Source: a virus
Lineage: Duplodnaviria > Caudoviricetes
Virus record (IMG/VR): IMGVR_UViG_3300036778_000052
Location: 1-45,445 of that record
DNA: 45,445 nt
Reading direction: 5' to 3' (one strand)
How positions within the stretch are numbered: position 1 is the stretch's first letter; the number at the start of each line of letters is the position of its first letter. The notes under the pieces are model-generated. The model was not told where the DNA came from, did no database searches, and saw nothing but the letters and a program-made list of their open reading frames with translations. A program made the position numbers and the translations under genes. This document shows positions 16,157 to 25,276 of the stretch, piece after piece.

Positions 16157-17643
16157 AGTCCATAAACCTGACGGAACTTGTTCACGATCGGGTTGTCCTG
16201 GTCTGTTCTCCATCTGGCAGCCGCAAACGCTTCGGCCGCCGCTTCGATCTGATTGGTGGATGCGTATTCAGATACTTCAGCCCCCTTCAGAGGATCGAAA
16301 TATCCGTTGGGAGTGCGGAACTGGTCATGCAAAGCCTTGTGCTTGACCATATCAGTTCTATTCGTATGAAAATCGACCATGTGACCGAATTCATGCGTCA
16401 CAAAATACTTGGCCCCTGCCTTCTCGATCTTTGGGGGTGTCCACCCAGTTTGAACGTAACTCTGGAAGTTTTTGTTCAATTTTGCCAGCTTGCTCCACTG
16501 CTTACGATCGAACCGCAATATGTTCCCGTTGCCGTTCGTCCATGCGATCGCTCCATCGGCACCAAGAGCAGCCCCGTCATCGGAGCCGAACGCTTTAACT
16601 CTTTCTAATATCTCAGCAGGAAACTTGGCCGACAGAAAGTCGATTTCGTCAGCGATCGCCCCCCATGAATCCAGAGGTATTCCATTAACCTCGACCGTGG
16701 TTGCATTCGGGAACATCTTTCTTGCCCACGCTTCCACTTCGGCATGAGACTTAAACCGGTCCTCAATAAAGGTGATGCCTTCATCCTGCTTCTTTGGCTT
16801 GCGGCCGAAACCCGGAATTTTCATAGCAACCGGAGTCAGTGGGCTTGGCTTGGGCGCTCTGACCGGAATTATCCCGCCTCTCGGCTGCTTATTCTCGAAC
16901 GTCAGACCCTGAGCAATCAGCCGGTTGTACTTCGGGCCGCTGATCGGGCTCATGACCTTCGGATTGAGTGGACGCCCCACAAGTCGAGCCGGCGCAGTCT
17001 GCCGGAAGAACTTCTCGTAGTCCTCAATCGTCAGAAATCCGGCATGCTGGCCTTTAGCAATCTCTTCTGCGTGCCCCATCACATCGAGGTACTTGGTCTC
17101 ATAAGATCCTGCCCGAATCGGTGCGGCTGCCAGTTCTTTCCGGGTGGCTGGGATGACCTGCCCGCGCTTCCATTTGTTCCACCGCTCCCAGGCTTGCGTC
17201 CGGACCCGTTGCAACGATGTTGGAGACAAGCCAAATACATCCCGGCCGTGGGCCGCTTGCGCCTCGAGAACCCTAGCGAATGAATCACCCGTAAAGGCAT
17301 CATAGCGCCACCAGAATTCGGCCCGGTCAGGAAATGCCTTCCCGGTTAGCAGTGAACGCACGCGGGACTTCTGCCAGCCTGGAATCAACGGTGGAGCATT
17401 AGGGTCACCCTTTCCGGATGGCGTCATTGCCGAGACGCGGTGCTTTCTGGTTGCTGGCTTGATCGGCCTGAGTGGCTTTCCATCCTTGTCGAGTCCTTTC
17501 GACAAATCTCGATCCTTAGCACGTATTCCGAGTTCGACGACCCACCCATAGAACATCTGCCGGTCGTCCGTCGAGTAGCGATTAAAATCAACCGGCTCCA
17601 TGCCCGAAATCGTATAACCATCTTCTGAGCGTGACACTCTCAT
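16153..17643 (-). CDS. Neck-protein paralog fused to a C-terminal zincin metallopeptidase-like domain
   Basis: N-terminus resembles 15388-15996; C-terminus has THEFGH and SEYASTNQIEAAAEAF. Confidence 0.7.
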   Translation of the reverse strand: MRVSRSEDGYTISGMEPVDFNRYSTDDRQMFYGWVVELGIRAKDRDLSKGLDKDGKPLRPIKPATRKHRVSAMTPSGKGDPNAPPLIPGWQKSRVRSLLTGKAFPDRAEFWWRYDAFTGDSFARVLEAQAAHGRDVFGLSPTSLQRVRTQAWERWNKWKRGQVIPATRKELAAAPIRAGSYETKYLDVMGHAEEIAKGQHAGFLTIEDYEKFFRQTAPARLVGRPLNPKVMSPISGPKYNRLIAQGLTFENKQPRGGIIPVRAPKPSPLTPVAMKIPGFGRKPKKQDEGITFIEDRFKSHAEVEAWARKMFPNATTVEVNGIPLDSWGAIADEIDFLSAKFPAEILERVKAFGSDDGAALGADGAIAWTNGNGNILRFDRKQWSKLAKLNKNFQSYVQTGWTPPKIEKAGAKYFVTHEFGHMVDFHTNRTDMVKHKALHDQFRTPNGYFDPLKGAEVSEYASTNQIEAAAEAFAAARWRTDQDNPIVNKFRQVYGL

Positions 17644-18527
17644 GTCATCAACGTGTTGGTTGAATTCAGGTTGATGAACAAGCTGCCATGGCTATTCGGG
17701 TCCGCGCTATCAAGCTGGATGCATGCCGTGATTTCGCTGAGCTTCTTGGTTGCCTTAGCCTCAAACAGATATCCCATCTGAGCTAGGTTATTGTTCACCC
17801 CAACCTGCCGCTGGCCGATGATTGAAATAGCCTTGTAGGCGCAGGCTTCGATGATGTAGGGGTCAACCAGCAACAGGTCTTGCTCAAGGTACGTCAAGAG
17901 TGACGGGCTTGGCCCAAGCGACCGGCGCCAGCCAGTGTTGCCGAATGCAAACGCTGTGATGCTGTGGTATTCGTAGAGGCCGACGTAAGAGCCCCGGAAG
18001 CAGTTTAGGATGGTCCAGTCCATCCACTTCCGAGCCTCAAGCCGTTCGCCATAGAATCCTTCAAGGTCAGTGTCCGTGTCCTGGATGGTCCGAATCCAGT
18101 CAGCATACCGCAACATGTCCTGGAGCGAGTTATACGTCTTGATCGGCTCTGTTGAGACGCCAGGCCCTGGCAATACCAAGACTGTCCAGCGTGCTATGCA
18201 AGCCTTCCTAGTTGCGTCCGCTGACGTCCACCAGACCTGGATAGAGTAATTCCCATTAGGGTCAAGCGGAGCCGTCTGAGCCGACGTGGGCGATACTTGA
18301 ACCATACCCGTCAGATAACCCGTCGGTAGGCTCCATATCGTCGTAGGACTGAATAGACTAGCCTGCGTGCCGCCTTGGTAAATAAAACTGGCCACCGTGT
18401 CACCAGAGGCGAATACAAGCTGGCTGCCATCGGTAACCACGCACGGTATCGTCCAGTCCGCAACGGAACCTTGAACGATCTGGAGTTCGCCGCGAATCGA
18501 TAAGTCTGGATAGATAAGCTGTGTCAT
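17640..18527 (-). CDS. Putative head-tail adaptor with an N-terminal Ig/BppU-like domain
   Basis: Beta-rich N half; helical C half (YNSLQDM...IIEACAYKAISII); position. Confidence 0.5.
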   Translation of the reverse strand: MTQLIYPDLSIRGELQIVQGSVADWTIPCVVTDGSQLVFASGDTVASFIYQGGTQASLFSPTTIWSLPTGYLTGMVQVSPTSAQTAPLDPNGNYSIQVWWTSADATRKACIARWTVLVLPGPGVSTEPIKTYNSLQDMLRYADWIRTIQDTDTDLEGFYGERLEARKWMDWTILNCFRGSYVGLYEYHSITAFAFGNTGWRRSLGPSPSLLTYLEQDLLLVDPYIIEACAYKAISIIGQRQVGVNNNLAQMGYLFEAKATKKLSEITACIQLDSADPNSHGSLFINLNSTNTLMT

Positions 18528-21500
18528 AGTGCGAGTAGCACCGCGGCGGGAGCCGCTGTTGCGGGTTGCACTGGTGCGGGAGTTGATGCCGCCGCGTTAA
18601 ATTTGAGCAGCCCCTGGAAGCCGGGCGCCTGATTGGCCTGCGAATAACCAAAGATGCCCGTTCCGACAGATGACCCGAGAAACCCGCCTTGCGGTGTCAT
18701 GAACGAGTTGGGCGCGCTGAGCCCGTGCGGCATGACTGGCGACTGCGCGATGTACCAATCGTTCACCCCGCCGATCTGACCGCCGCCCCACAAGTTAAGC
18801 CAACTCGCACGAGGCGCCCCGCTGTGGGCAACCAACGGGTAACCACGTTGAACCAGCAAGCCCCAAGCGTAGACGAAATCAGCCCACGAAGGGCTGTTCA
18901 TACAATCCTCTTGAACCAACGAGGATTGCGTCACGGTGCTGCCAAGACCGGTAAGAGTTGGGCCACCCTGATTAATGTCGAGGATCTGAGTAACGCCGCC
19001 CTCGTAAGTGCCCATCCGGAGTGAAGTGCCCGCAAGCTGGGCTGATTCGATGGCCCATTCACCCCAAAAGTTGGGATTATAAAACATCGCATGCCGTTCA
19101 AAATCATTAATCGCGTCACATGGCCAGTTTTGCGGCGAAGCGACCGCAACATTTCCAGCATCGGTATAGGCCGCGATTTTGCTGGGCTGCGCCAATGTGG
19201 GTGTAACGTAAGGTGCGCCTGTGACGATCGCGTTAGTCTGCGGCAGCCCGAAATTCACGACTGCGGCAGCCACTGACTGCGCAACAGATGCATTGGTCCA
19301 CCAGGCACCGTATGTCGGAACGAGCTGAGATGGGCTGCGGCCAGCGGCAACCCATGCGGTCTTAAACACGTTGAAATAGTCGGCAGATAATACCGAGTTC
19401 GCGATATCTGCGACACCGCTGTTCAAGAACCAGGTTTGGCCGCCAACGCCATACGTCAAGAACGGCTGTCCCGCTGGTGCGTACTGAACAAAGTTTGTGA
19501 GCTGCCTCAGATATAAAACGTTCTGGATGTATGGAAACGCTGTATTCCAGTGTTCGTCACCCAGCTCGAAAATAATGCCGTTTGTAGGGCCTAGACGAGC
19601 AGCAACACGGTTGGCGATCTCGGTAACGAGAGCATGACTCATCGTCGGAGTGACCGTGAGCCACAAGTTGGAGCCGGGAAACCTTTTGACTATCTCGGCT
19701 TGTAATTCGTATGGCGTCCAATTCGGTGTATTAGGGATGGTCGTTCCAGACAGGTATACGTCCAGCGGCGATGAGGACAGCGCTATTTCGGCAGTAGAGT
19801 TGATTTTGTCTACAAGTGCCGACGTGCCATTGGTGCCGATCAGAACACAGAATGTGCTTGCGCCAGTAACAAATGGGTTGACCGTAGCCCCATTAGGTAT
19901 TGGCACATTGCCACCGGACGCAAACGGCAGAGTTTTTGAGGTTTGGGTAAACAGAGCAACAATCTGCCCCGTTTTTAGTCCGTGCGGGGATGAAGTACGG
20001 AACTCAACAACCCCGTGGTCACCCTGTACGCTCCCACCTAGACTAAAAATATTCCCGTTATCGCTAGCCCCAAATGGACCGGCAGTCATATCAAGGTAGT
20101 GGCCGAAGCTATCGGTGCCGGACACTGCCCACGGTGCGTTAGAATAAAGCTTCGTTGATGCTGGCCATGGATAGGTATTGTCGCCCGTCGAGGATTTGGT
20201 CGGATTCGTGTTCAAGAATCGGGCCGCAACGATGGTGGTCAGATTAACAGGCGGGGGAGCATTGTAAGGAATGTTGTTGCCGGCAAACATGTTATCTAGC
20301 TGAGTCAGGTCACTGACGTCAACCATCGAATTAAAGCCAGTGCCACCCACCTGCGTCATGAATCGGAAGTGGGCAGGCCCCGTCCCGGCCGAGTTGGTGA
20401 AATTGGCCACCAAGGCATCATCAACCGCAAACTTGTTCGACCGGTCAATCGTGTTGCCGGGAGCGAAGATCCAAGGCATTGAAATCTTCATCGTCCCTGA
20501 TGACGACGTGATGTTTAGTCTGCCGGCCGCAAAAACATTCGCATTCCACCGCCAAGTTTGCGTAATCGTGGTGCCGACCTGAGTCTGAGTGAGGAAGGTG
20601 AAGTCCGGAGTGTTAAGCGTGACACTCGTTGTGTCGGTGCCTGGGTCGTCGTAAACAACAGTGTAAATCCCATATGGGAATGCCTGCACGCCCTCCGAGG
20701 AGCCGCCAAACTGGCAGGTTATCGTCCCGCCTGGAGTCCACGAGACCGGGAAGTAATTGCTATCGAGGATTACCGAGCTGCCACCAAACGGCAGCGATGT
20801 GAGCATTTTGTTTTTGGCCCAACATTCAAACGAAGATTGGTTTGACTGGCCAGTGTATTCGCCACCAAACAGCGTTGTCGGCGTGTCGCGAAACCCGGAA
20901 ACGTGACCGGTTGGCCCTTCGAGCACACCGACGAAATTAGGGATCACCTCATTGGTAGCTGGCCCAGAACTGCCAAGGGTTGTCGAGAGCCAGTTATTTG
21001 CAACGCTGTAGGTCACAACGTCGCTGGCAGAGAGCGCCATCTGGGGAGCCGCTACCGCGCCTGAGCCGGTTGAATCGGTGATCGTGTAGGTTGGCCGCGA
21101 TGTGAAGCCGGTTCCGGGAGCGGTTACCGGGATGCCGCTGATGTAGTTCGAGACATTACAGGTGATCGTCGAGTTGCCGTAAGCATCGGAAAACGAAGTG
21201 CTGTAGCCCCCGCCATAAGAGATCGGCGAGCCCGATAGAGGAACAATGGATGTTACCGCGCCACCCGAGACGGTGACCCACCCGATCGCCCTAAAACCCG
21301 TTTGGCTGCCTGCTGTTGGATTCCAGTAAAATCCACCATTAGTTAACCCGCTGCCCCCCGAGACGACCGTATACGAGGTCACCCCGGTTGCAAGCGCTGG
21401 CGTGCCTACTGTGTGCCCTGAGCCGCCGCCGTCGTTGTTCCAGACGGCAGTTGGAGCCGTATAGCCATGCCCACCCGACGACATGGGAATTGAGGTTACA

Positions 21501-22417
21501 TGACCGCACTGAACCCGGTATGCCACCTGAGAGATATCGTGCGCCGAGTCATGCCAGACGGGAGGGCCAAACGATGCCGTGGAGCCGTTAACCTTGAAGG
21601 TTGGGTTGGCGTTGACTGCCGTGATTTGAGCCAGCGGCCAATTGTTGTTGGACAGGCCAGACTGAGATGCCACTAGAAAAAGGGCCAGCGTGCCGGACTT
21701 GGTTATCTCTGGGCCAACAACGACTGGCGCCAACGTCGTGAGTACAAAGCCGGCTGCCGTCCAGACACCAAGCCCTGGGATTGTTGCTGTCGGTACTGTG
21801 GGCGTGGTCGTGGTGTTGAGCAAATAGCTTACATTGGTGCCGAGCTGGAGGGGGCTTCCCACAAAAGGCAAGTCAACGGCCGTCGTGTAACCAGCGCTTG
21901 GCGTCCACGAGCCGGACGTAACGTTGATCTGATTGACTACCGAGAATGCCATGCACGAGCCGACAACCGGAATACTCCCGGGCGCCGCAGCGCCACCCGT
22001 GCCTGCTGCTCCAATTGCGGTAGGCGTCGACAAGCTAAACGTGCTGCCGGCGCCTGATATCTCAAATACTGTAATTGTTCCGAACGCCCCGCCAAGCTCG
22101 GGGTTAAATTCGCCAGTAACTACGGTTGCGCCGCCAGACCCAGCAATAGCAAACCATAGGTTGGTCGTCATCACGTTGGATGAGCCAGGGAATGCCTGGG
22201 TGGTCGAATTGGAATTAGACCCTACGTAGCTATTGCTGCCCCCGCTTGCGTTGTCGGTGATTACTGGATTAACGACAATATTGGCGCCGTTGTATGTATT
22301 TGGAATTACGACAAGCAGATTGCCGGCAGTAACCGCACTGCCAAACGTGGCGCTAAAACTACCAGCCTGAATGCCGTTGGTCGTGCCATGCGCCATTTGT
22401 ACTAGTGAGAATGCCAT
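18524..22417 (-). CDS. Large virion protein with beta repeats and a C-terminal clan-A glycoside-hydrolase-like domain
   Basis: SGGxGYT/PGTGFT repeats; FRFM...PYELQAEI...LWLTV...FELGDEHWN...TYEGG motif series. Confidence 0.6.
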   Translation of the reverse strand: MAFSLVQMAHGTTNGIQAGSFSATFGSAVTAGNLLVVIPNTYNGANIVVNPVITDNASGGSNSYVGSNSNSTTQAFPGSSNVMTTNLWFAIAGSGGATVVTGEFNPELGGAFGTITVFEISGAGSTFSLSTPTAIGAAGTGGAAAPGSIPVVGSCMAFSVVNQINVTSGSWTPSAGYTTAVDLPFVGSPLQLGTNVSYLLNTTTTPTVPTATIPGLGVWTAAGFVLTTLAPVVVGPEITKSGTLALFLVASQSGLSNNNWPLAQITAVNANPTFKVNGSTASFGPPVWHDSAHDISQVAYRVQCGHVTSIPMSSGGHGYTAPTAVWNNDGGGSGHTVGTPALATGVTSYTVVSGGSGLTNGGFYWNPTAGSQTGFRAIGWVTVSGGAVTSIVPLSGSPISYGGGYSTSFSDAYGNSTITCNVSNYISGIPVTAPGTGFTSRPTYTITDSTGSGAVAAPQMALSASDVVTYSVANNWLSTTLGSSGPATNEVIPNFVGVLEGPTGHVSGFRDTPTTLFGGEYTGQSNQSSFECWAKNKMLTSLPFGGSSVILDSNYFPVSWTPGGTITCQFGGSSEGVQAFPYGIYTVVYDDPGTDTTSVTLNTPDFTFLTQTQVGTTITQTWRWNANVFAAGRLNITSSSGTMKISMPWIFAPGNTIDRSNKFAVDDALVANFTNSAGTGPAHFRFMTQVGGTGFNSMVDVSDLTQLDNMFAGNNIPYNAPPPVNLTTIVAARFLNTNPTKSSTGDNTYPWPASTKLYSNAPWAVSGTDSFGHYLDMTAGPFGASDNGNIFSLGGSVQGDHGVVEFRTSSPHGLKTGQIVALFTQTSKTLPFASGGNVPIPNGATVNPFVTGASTFCVLIGTNGTSALVDKINSTAEIALSSSPLDVYLSGTTIPNTPNWTPYELQAEIVKRFPGSNLWLTVTPTMSHALVTEIANRVAARLGPTNGIIFELGDEHWNTAFPYIQNVLYLRQLTNFVQYAPAGQPFLTYGVGGQTWFLNSGVADIANSVLSADYFNVFKTAWVAAGRSPSQLVPTYGAWWTNASVAQSVAAAVVNFGLPQTNAIVTGAPYVTPTLAQPSKIAAYTDAGNVAVASPQNWPCDAINDFERHAMFYNPNFWGEWAIESAQLAGTSLRMGTYEGGVTQILDINQGGPTLTGLGSTVTQSSLVQEDCMNSPSWADFVYAWGLLVQRGYPLVAHSGAPRASWLNLWGGGQIGGVNDWYIAQSPVMPHGLSAPNSFMTPQGGFLGSSVGTGIFGYSQANQAPGFQGLLKFNAAASTPAPVQPATAAPAAVLLAL

Positions 22418-22427
22418 TAGAAGTGTG

Positions 22428-24815
22428 TCACCACTGGGGTATTTCTGTAACCGACAGGTACGTGTACGGACCCGCGAAAAGTGTTTCCGCGCTGTTCGCG
22501 GAGTTATCCTGAAAAATAACCACGGTAATCACATCACCGCTTGCGCATGTCACATAGCCGTTGGGCAACATGCTGGCATTAGTCTGAATTGATCCTGACG
22601 CTATTGGGTACAAAACACGAGAAGTAAGCCCGAATGGCGTACCGTTTTGCAGCACGTCAGTACGCATTGAATACACCTGGGCAGCAAGCGAATCAAAATA
22701 CGCGGAAGCGGAAATCGCATATCTGCCCGGACGAACAATCTTGATTTCGTGCGACGCGGTGACAGCCATCTGGCCAGTGTTGTCGTAAGCGGACGTGTCA
22801 AATGCGATCGCTGTTTGGGTCGCCCATGGAATCGATTGCGTGCCAGCGGGCGTAATAGTGCACGAGGCCGGAATGATCGTGCCTCCCGTGCGTACCCAGT
22901 TGGCCCCGTCAGACTGGACGACGGCTGATTCGCCTGCATAAAGGATCTGGCTTGTGGCTGTGGATGGCCCGAGCGTTTGGCTTGACGTTGTTGCGATCGT
23001 CAGCAGGCCCGTATAACCGTTAGCGCATCGCAGGCGGATGGTCTGGCCAGTGATGCCGACAGCCGTAGGCAGGGTTGCGGTTACCGCCGATGAGCCCGAG
23101 ATGGCGTAGAGATTCCCGGCAGCCGCCGAGAAGCTTGCGGTTTCTGACGTTTCGGTAACCGCAGATCCGCCACCACTGCTCACACCGCTTGCACCGAGGT
23201 AATAGGCGTCCCACGTCGTGCTGCTGGTGGACTCAAACAGGACATTTATATAAGCGGAGGCTGTGGCTATCATCCCCGGAGGACCTGACGAGTCAATCCA
23301 TGTAATCCCCGATGGCCATGACGCGACCGTAAACGGACCGCCTGATGCAGCCTGGACAAGCTTGAGCTTGAGCTTCTGGCTCTGGCTGGAAGGCACGTTC
23401 GTAAACACAATCGTCAGGTTGGCATTGAGCGGATTAACCTGCCAGTTGTTGGACAGGCTCCAGTCGATCGTAGCTGTCCCTGCCGATTGGGTTGCCGTGC
23501 TAACTGACCCGGCAGATTGAGTAATCGTCAGGCCAGTTGCCGCCAGTGCGACAGTGCCCGTGGTCGTAATCGTCCCACCGGTCAACCCGGTGCCAGCCGA
23601 CAGAGAGGTAACCGTGCCGCCGCCGCTGGTCGCGTTCAGCGTCGAGCCAGAGAATGATAGGCCGGTGCCGAGAGTGATCTCTGAAGGTGGCGCTCCACCT
23701 GTTGGGCTGCCCAATAGAGCCGCAGCGGACACATTTTGGATCTTGGCATAAGTAACACCGCTCCCAGCGAGCTGCGTTGTTCCCACGCCGCCTGCGGCAA
23801 TTGCGACCGTTCCACTGGTGGTAATCGTCCCACCTGACAACCCAGTGCCAGCGGTCACCGAAGCAACTGTGCCTGTTGCCGTCAACGCGCCGGCGCTAAA
23901 CGACAGACCTGCGCCTAGGGTGATCTCTGACGGCGAGGCAGACGTTACACCTGAGTTGCCCAGCAATCGAAGTGCGTTTACGTTCTGAATGTTCGAGTAT
24001 TGCACTGCCGACGTGGCAAGCTGTGTCGAGCCTATTCCGCCTGCTGCAATCGCGATTGTGCCTGTCGAAGTGATCGGGCCACCAGTTAAGCCGACGCCGG
24101 TGGTGAGGCTTGTTACCGTTCCGACTCCGGTCGATACGATCGTGGAACCGCTGAATGATAGGCCCGCGCCAAGTGTGATCTCGGATGGTGCAGCCGCCCC
24201 GCTGCCAGGGTTGCCTACCAATGCATGGGCAGAAACGTTCTGGATGTTCGAGTATTGAACGCCCCCAGCGGCAATCTGTGTTGCGGTCACACCTCCCGCT
24301 GCAATGGCAAGAGTGCCGGTTGATGTAATGGTGCCACCGGTCAGCCCAGTGCCCGCGGCTATCGAGGTAACCGTGCCGCTGCCCGTTCCTGATTGGGCGC
24401 CGTCCATCACGGCTGAGACTGTGACCGCTGCGCCCGTGTTGCTGTAGAAACGGACCATGAAGTTGGTCCAGGGAGGGTCAACGGTTCCAGCACCTGCACC
24501 AGTGGGAAGCGCTGTTGCGGCTGAAGTCGCGAATACCTGATTCGGTGGCATCTTCACCGCCGCATAATCAGATAAGCGAAACGTCTCATGCGTTGTTTGG
24601 TTTTGGTTCTGCCCGAACCGACGTGCATCCGTGCCAACAAACGTTAGGCCGCTGTTGTTGGAAAGAAGAAGCTGAACATAAACAGGCGTTATCAACCCGC
24701 TTGACGGGTTTGTAGCCTGACAAACGATAACGATGTCAGCGGCCCACGTTTGCATGGCAGAAACCGTAGCACCGCCGACTGGGTTTAATATGGGTGACAG
24801 TATCGAAGTGCTCAT
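22428..24815 (-). CDS. Fibre protein (probable head fibre) with GTVTSxxAGTGLTGGTITxTGT repeats
   Basis: Four repeat units; N-terminus paralogous to 24868-25248; C-terminal C1q/TNF-like beta tip. Confidence 0.7.
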   Translation of the reverse strand: MSTSILSPILNPVGGATVSAMQTWAADIVIVCQATNPSSGLITPVYVQLLLSNNSGLTFVGTDARRFGQNQNQTTHETFRLSDYAAVKMPPNQVFATSAATALPTGAGAGTVDPPWTNFMVRFYSNTGAAVTVSAVMDGAQSGTGSGTVTSIAAGTGLTGGTITSTGTLAIAAGGVTATQIAAGGVQYSNIQNVSAHALVGNPGSGAAAPSEITLGAGLSFSGSTIVSTGVGTVTSLTTGVGLTGGPITSTGTIAIAAGGIGSTQLATSAVQYSNIQNVNALRLLGNSGVTSASPSEITLGAGLSFSAGALTATGTVASVTAGTGLSGGTITTSGTVAIAAGGVGTTQLAGSGVTYAKIQNVSAAALLGSPTGGAPPSEITLGTGLSFSGSTLNATSGGGTVTSLSAGTGLTGGTITTTGTVALAATGLTITQSAGSVSTATQSAGTATIDWSLSNNWQVNPLNANLTIVFTNVPSSQSQKLKLKLVQAASGGPFTVASWPSGITWIDSSGPPGMIATASAYINVLFESTSSTTWDAYYLGASGVSSGGGSAVTETSETASFSAAAGNLYAISGSSAVTATLPTAVGITGQTIRLRCANGYTGLLTIATTSSQTLGPSTATSQILYAGESAVVQSDGANWVRTGGTIIPASCTITPAGTQSIPWATQTAIAFDTSAYDNTGQMAVTASHEIKIVRPGRYAISASAYFDSLAAQVYSMRTDVLQNGTPFGLTSRVLYPIASGSIQTNASMLPNGYVTCASGDVITVVIFQDNSANSAETLFAGPYTYLSVTEIPQW

Positions 24816-24830
24816 CGTGTACCTCTAGGC

Positions 24831-24861
24831 CCTGATTCCCCGGCCGAAGCCGGGTATCAGG
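24831..24861 (-). terminator. cUUCGg hairpin, putative attenuator or mRNA stabiliser
   Basis: Minus strand cctgatacccggcTTCGgccggggaatcagg just after the decoration gene; no U-tract. Confidence 0.55.
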
Positions 24862-24867
24862 TATCGA

Positions 24868-25248
24868 TCAATCCTGAGCGAAAACCGTAACTGCCGCCCC
24901 GGTGTTGTTGTAAAACACGATCTTGAAATCAGCCCACTGAACGGTGCCAGCCGCATTGGCGCGCTGGATTTGATCGGAGCCCTTCAATTGCTGGGCACCG
25001 GTGTAATCCGCAAGCCGGAACGTCTGCCAGTAGGTTTGCGAGGGCTGCAAGCCAAACCATCTCGAGTCGATATCGACGTAGTTGGTCCCGTCGATCGAGA
25101 GCTGTAACTTGACCTTGCACGGGGTAACGAGTCCGGCCACGCCGTTGACGCAAGAGCATTCAACGACCAACCCCGAAGTGAACGCGGTGCCGCTGGACGT
25201 GGTTGTCGCGCCGTCGGCCTGAGACTGAGAAGAAATTATCGTTGCCAT
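24868..25248 (-). CDS. Putative capsid decoration protein
   Basis: Small beta-rich protein immediately after the major capsid gene. Confidence 0.55.
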   Translation of the reverse strand: MATIISSQSQADGATTTSSGTAFTSGLVVECSCVNGVAGLVTPCKVKLQLSIDGTNYVDIDSRWFGLQPSQTYWQTFRLADYTGAQQLKGSDQIQRANAAGTVQWADFKIVFYNNTGAAVTVFAQD

Positions 25249-25276
25249 CTAAGCCCTACCTTTCCGCCCAGAGGGC

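Noticed and set aside
23540-24390. Nucleotide repeats in the fibre gene as a separate repeat element
   Set aside because: Fully explained by protein-level GTVTS/GTGLTGG repeats with synonymous divergence.
24816-24870. Stop-codon readthrough joining the decoration and fibre genes
   Set aside because: The genes are in different frames, and the fibre has its own RBS and its own copy of the domain.
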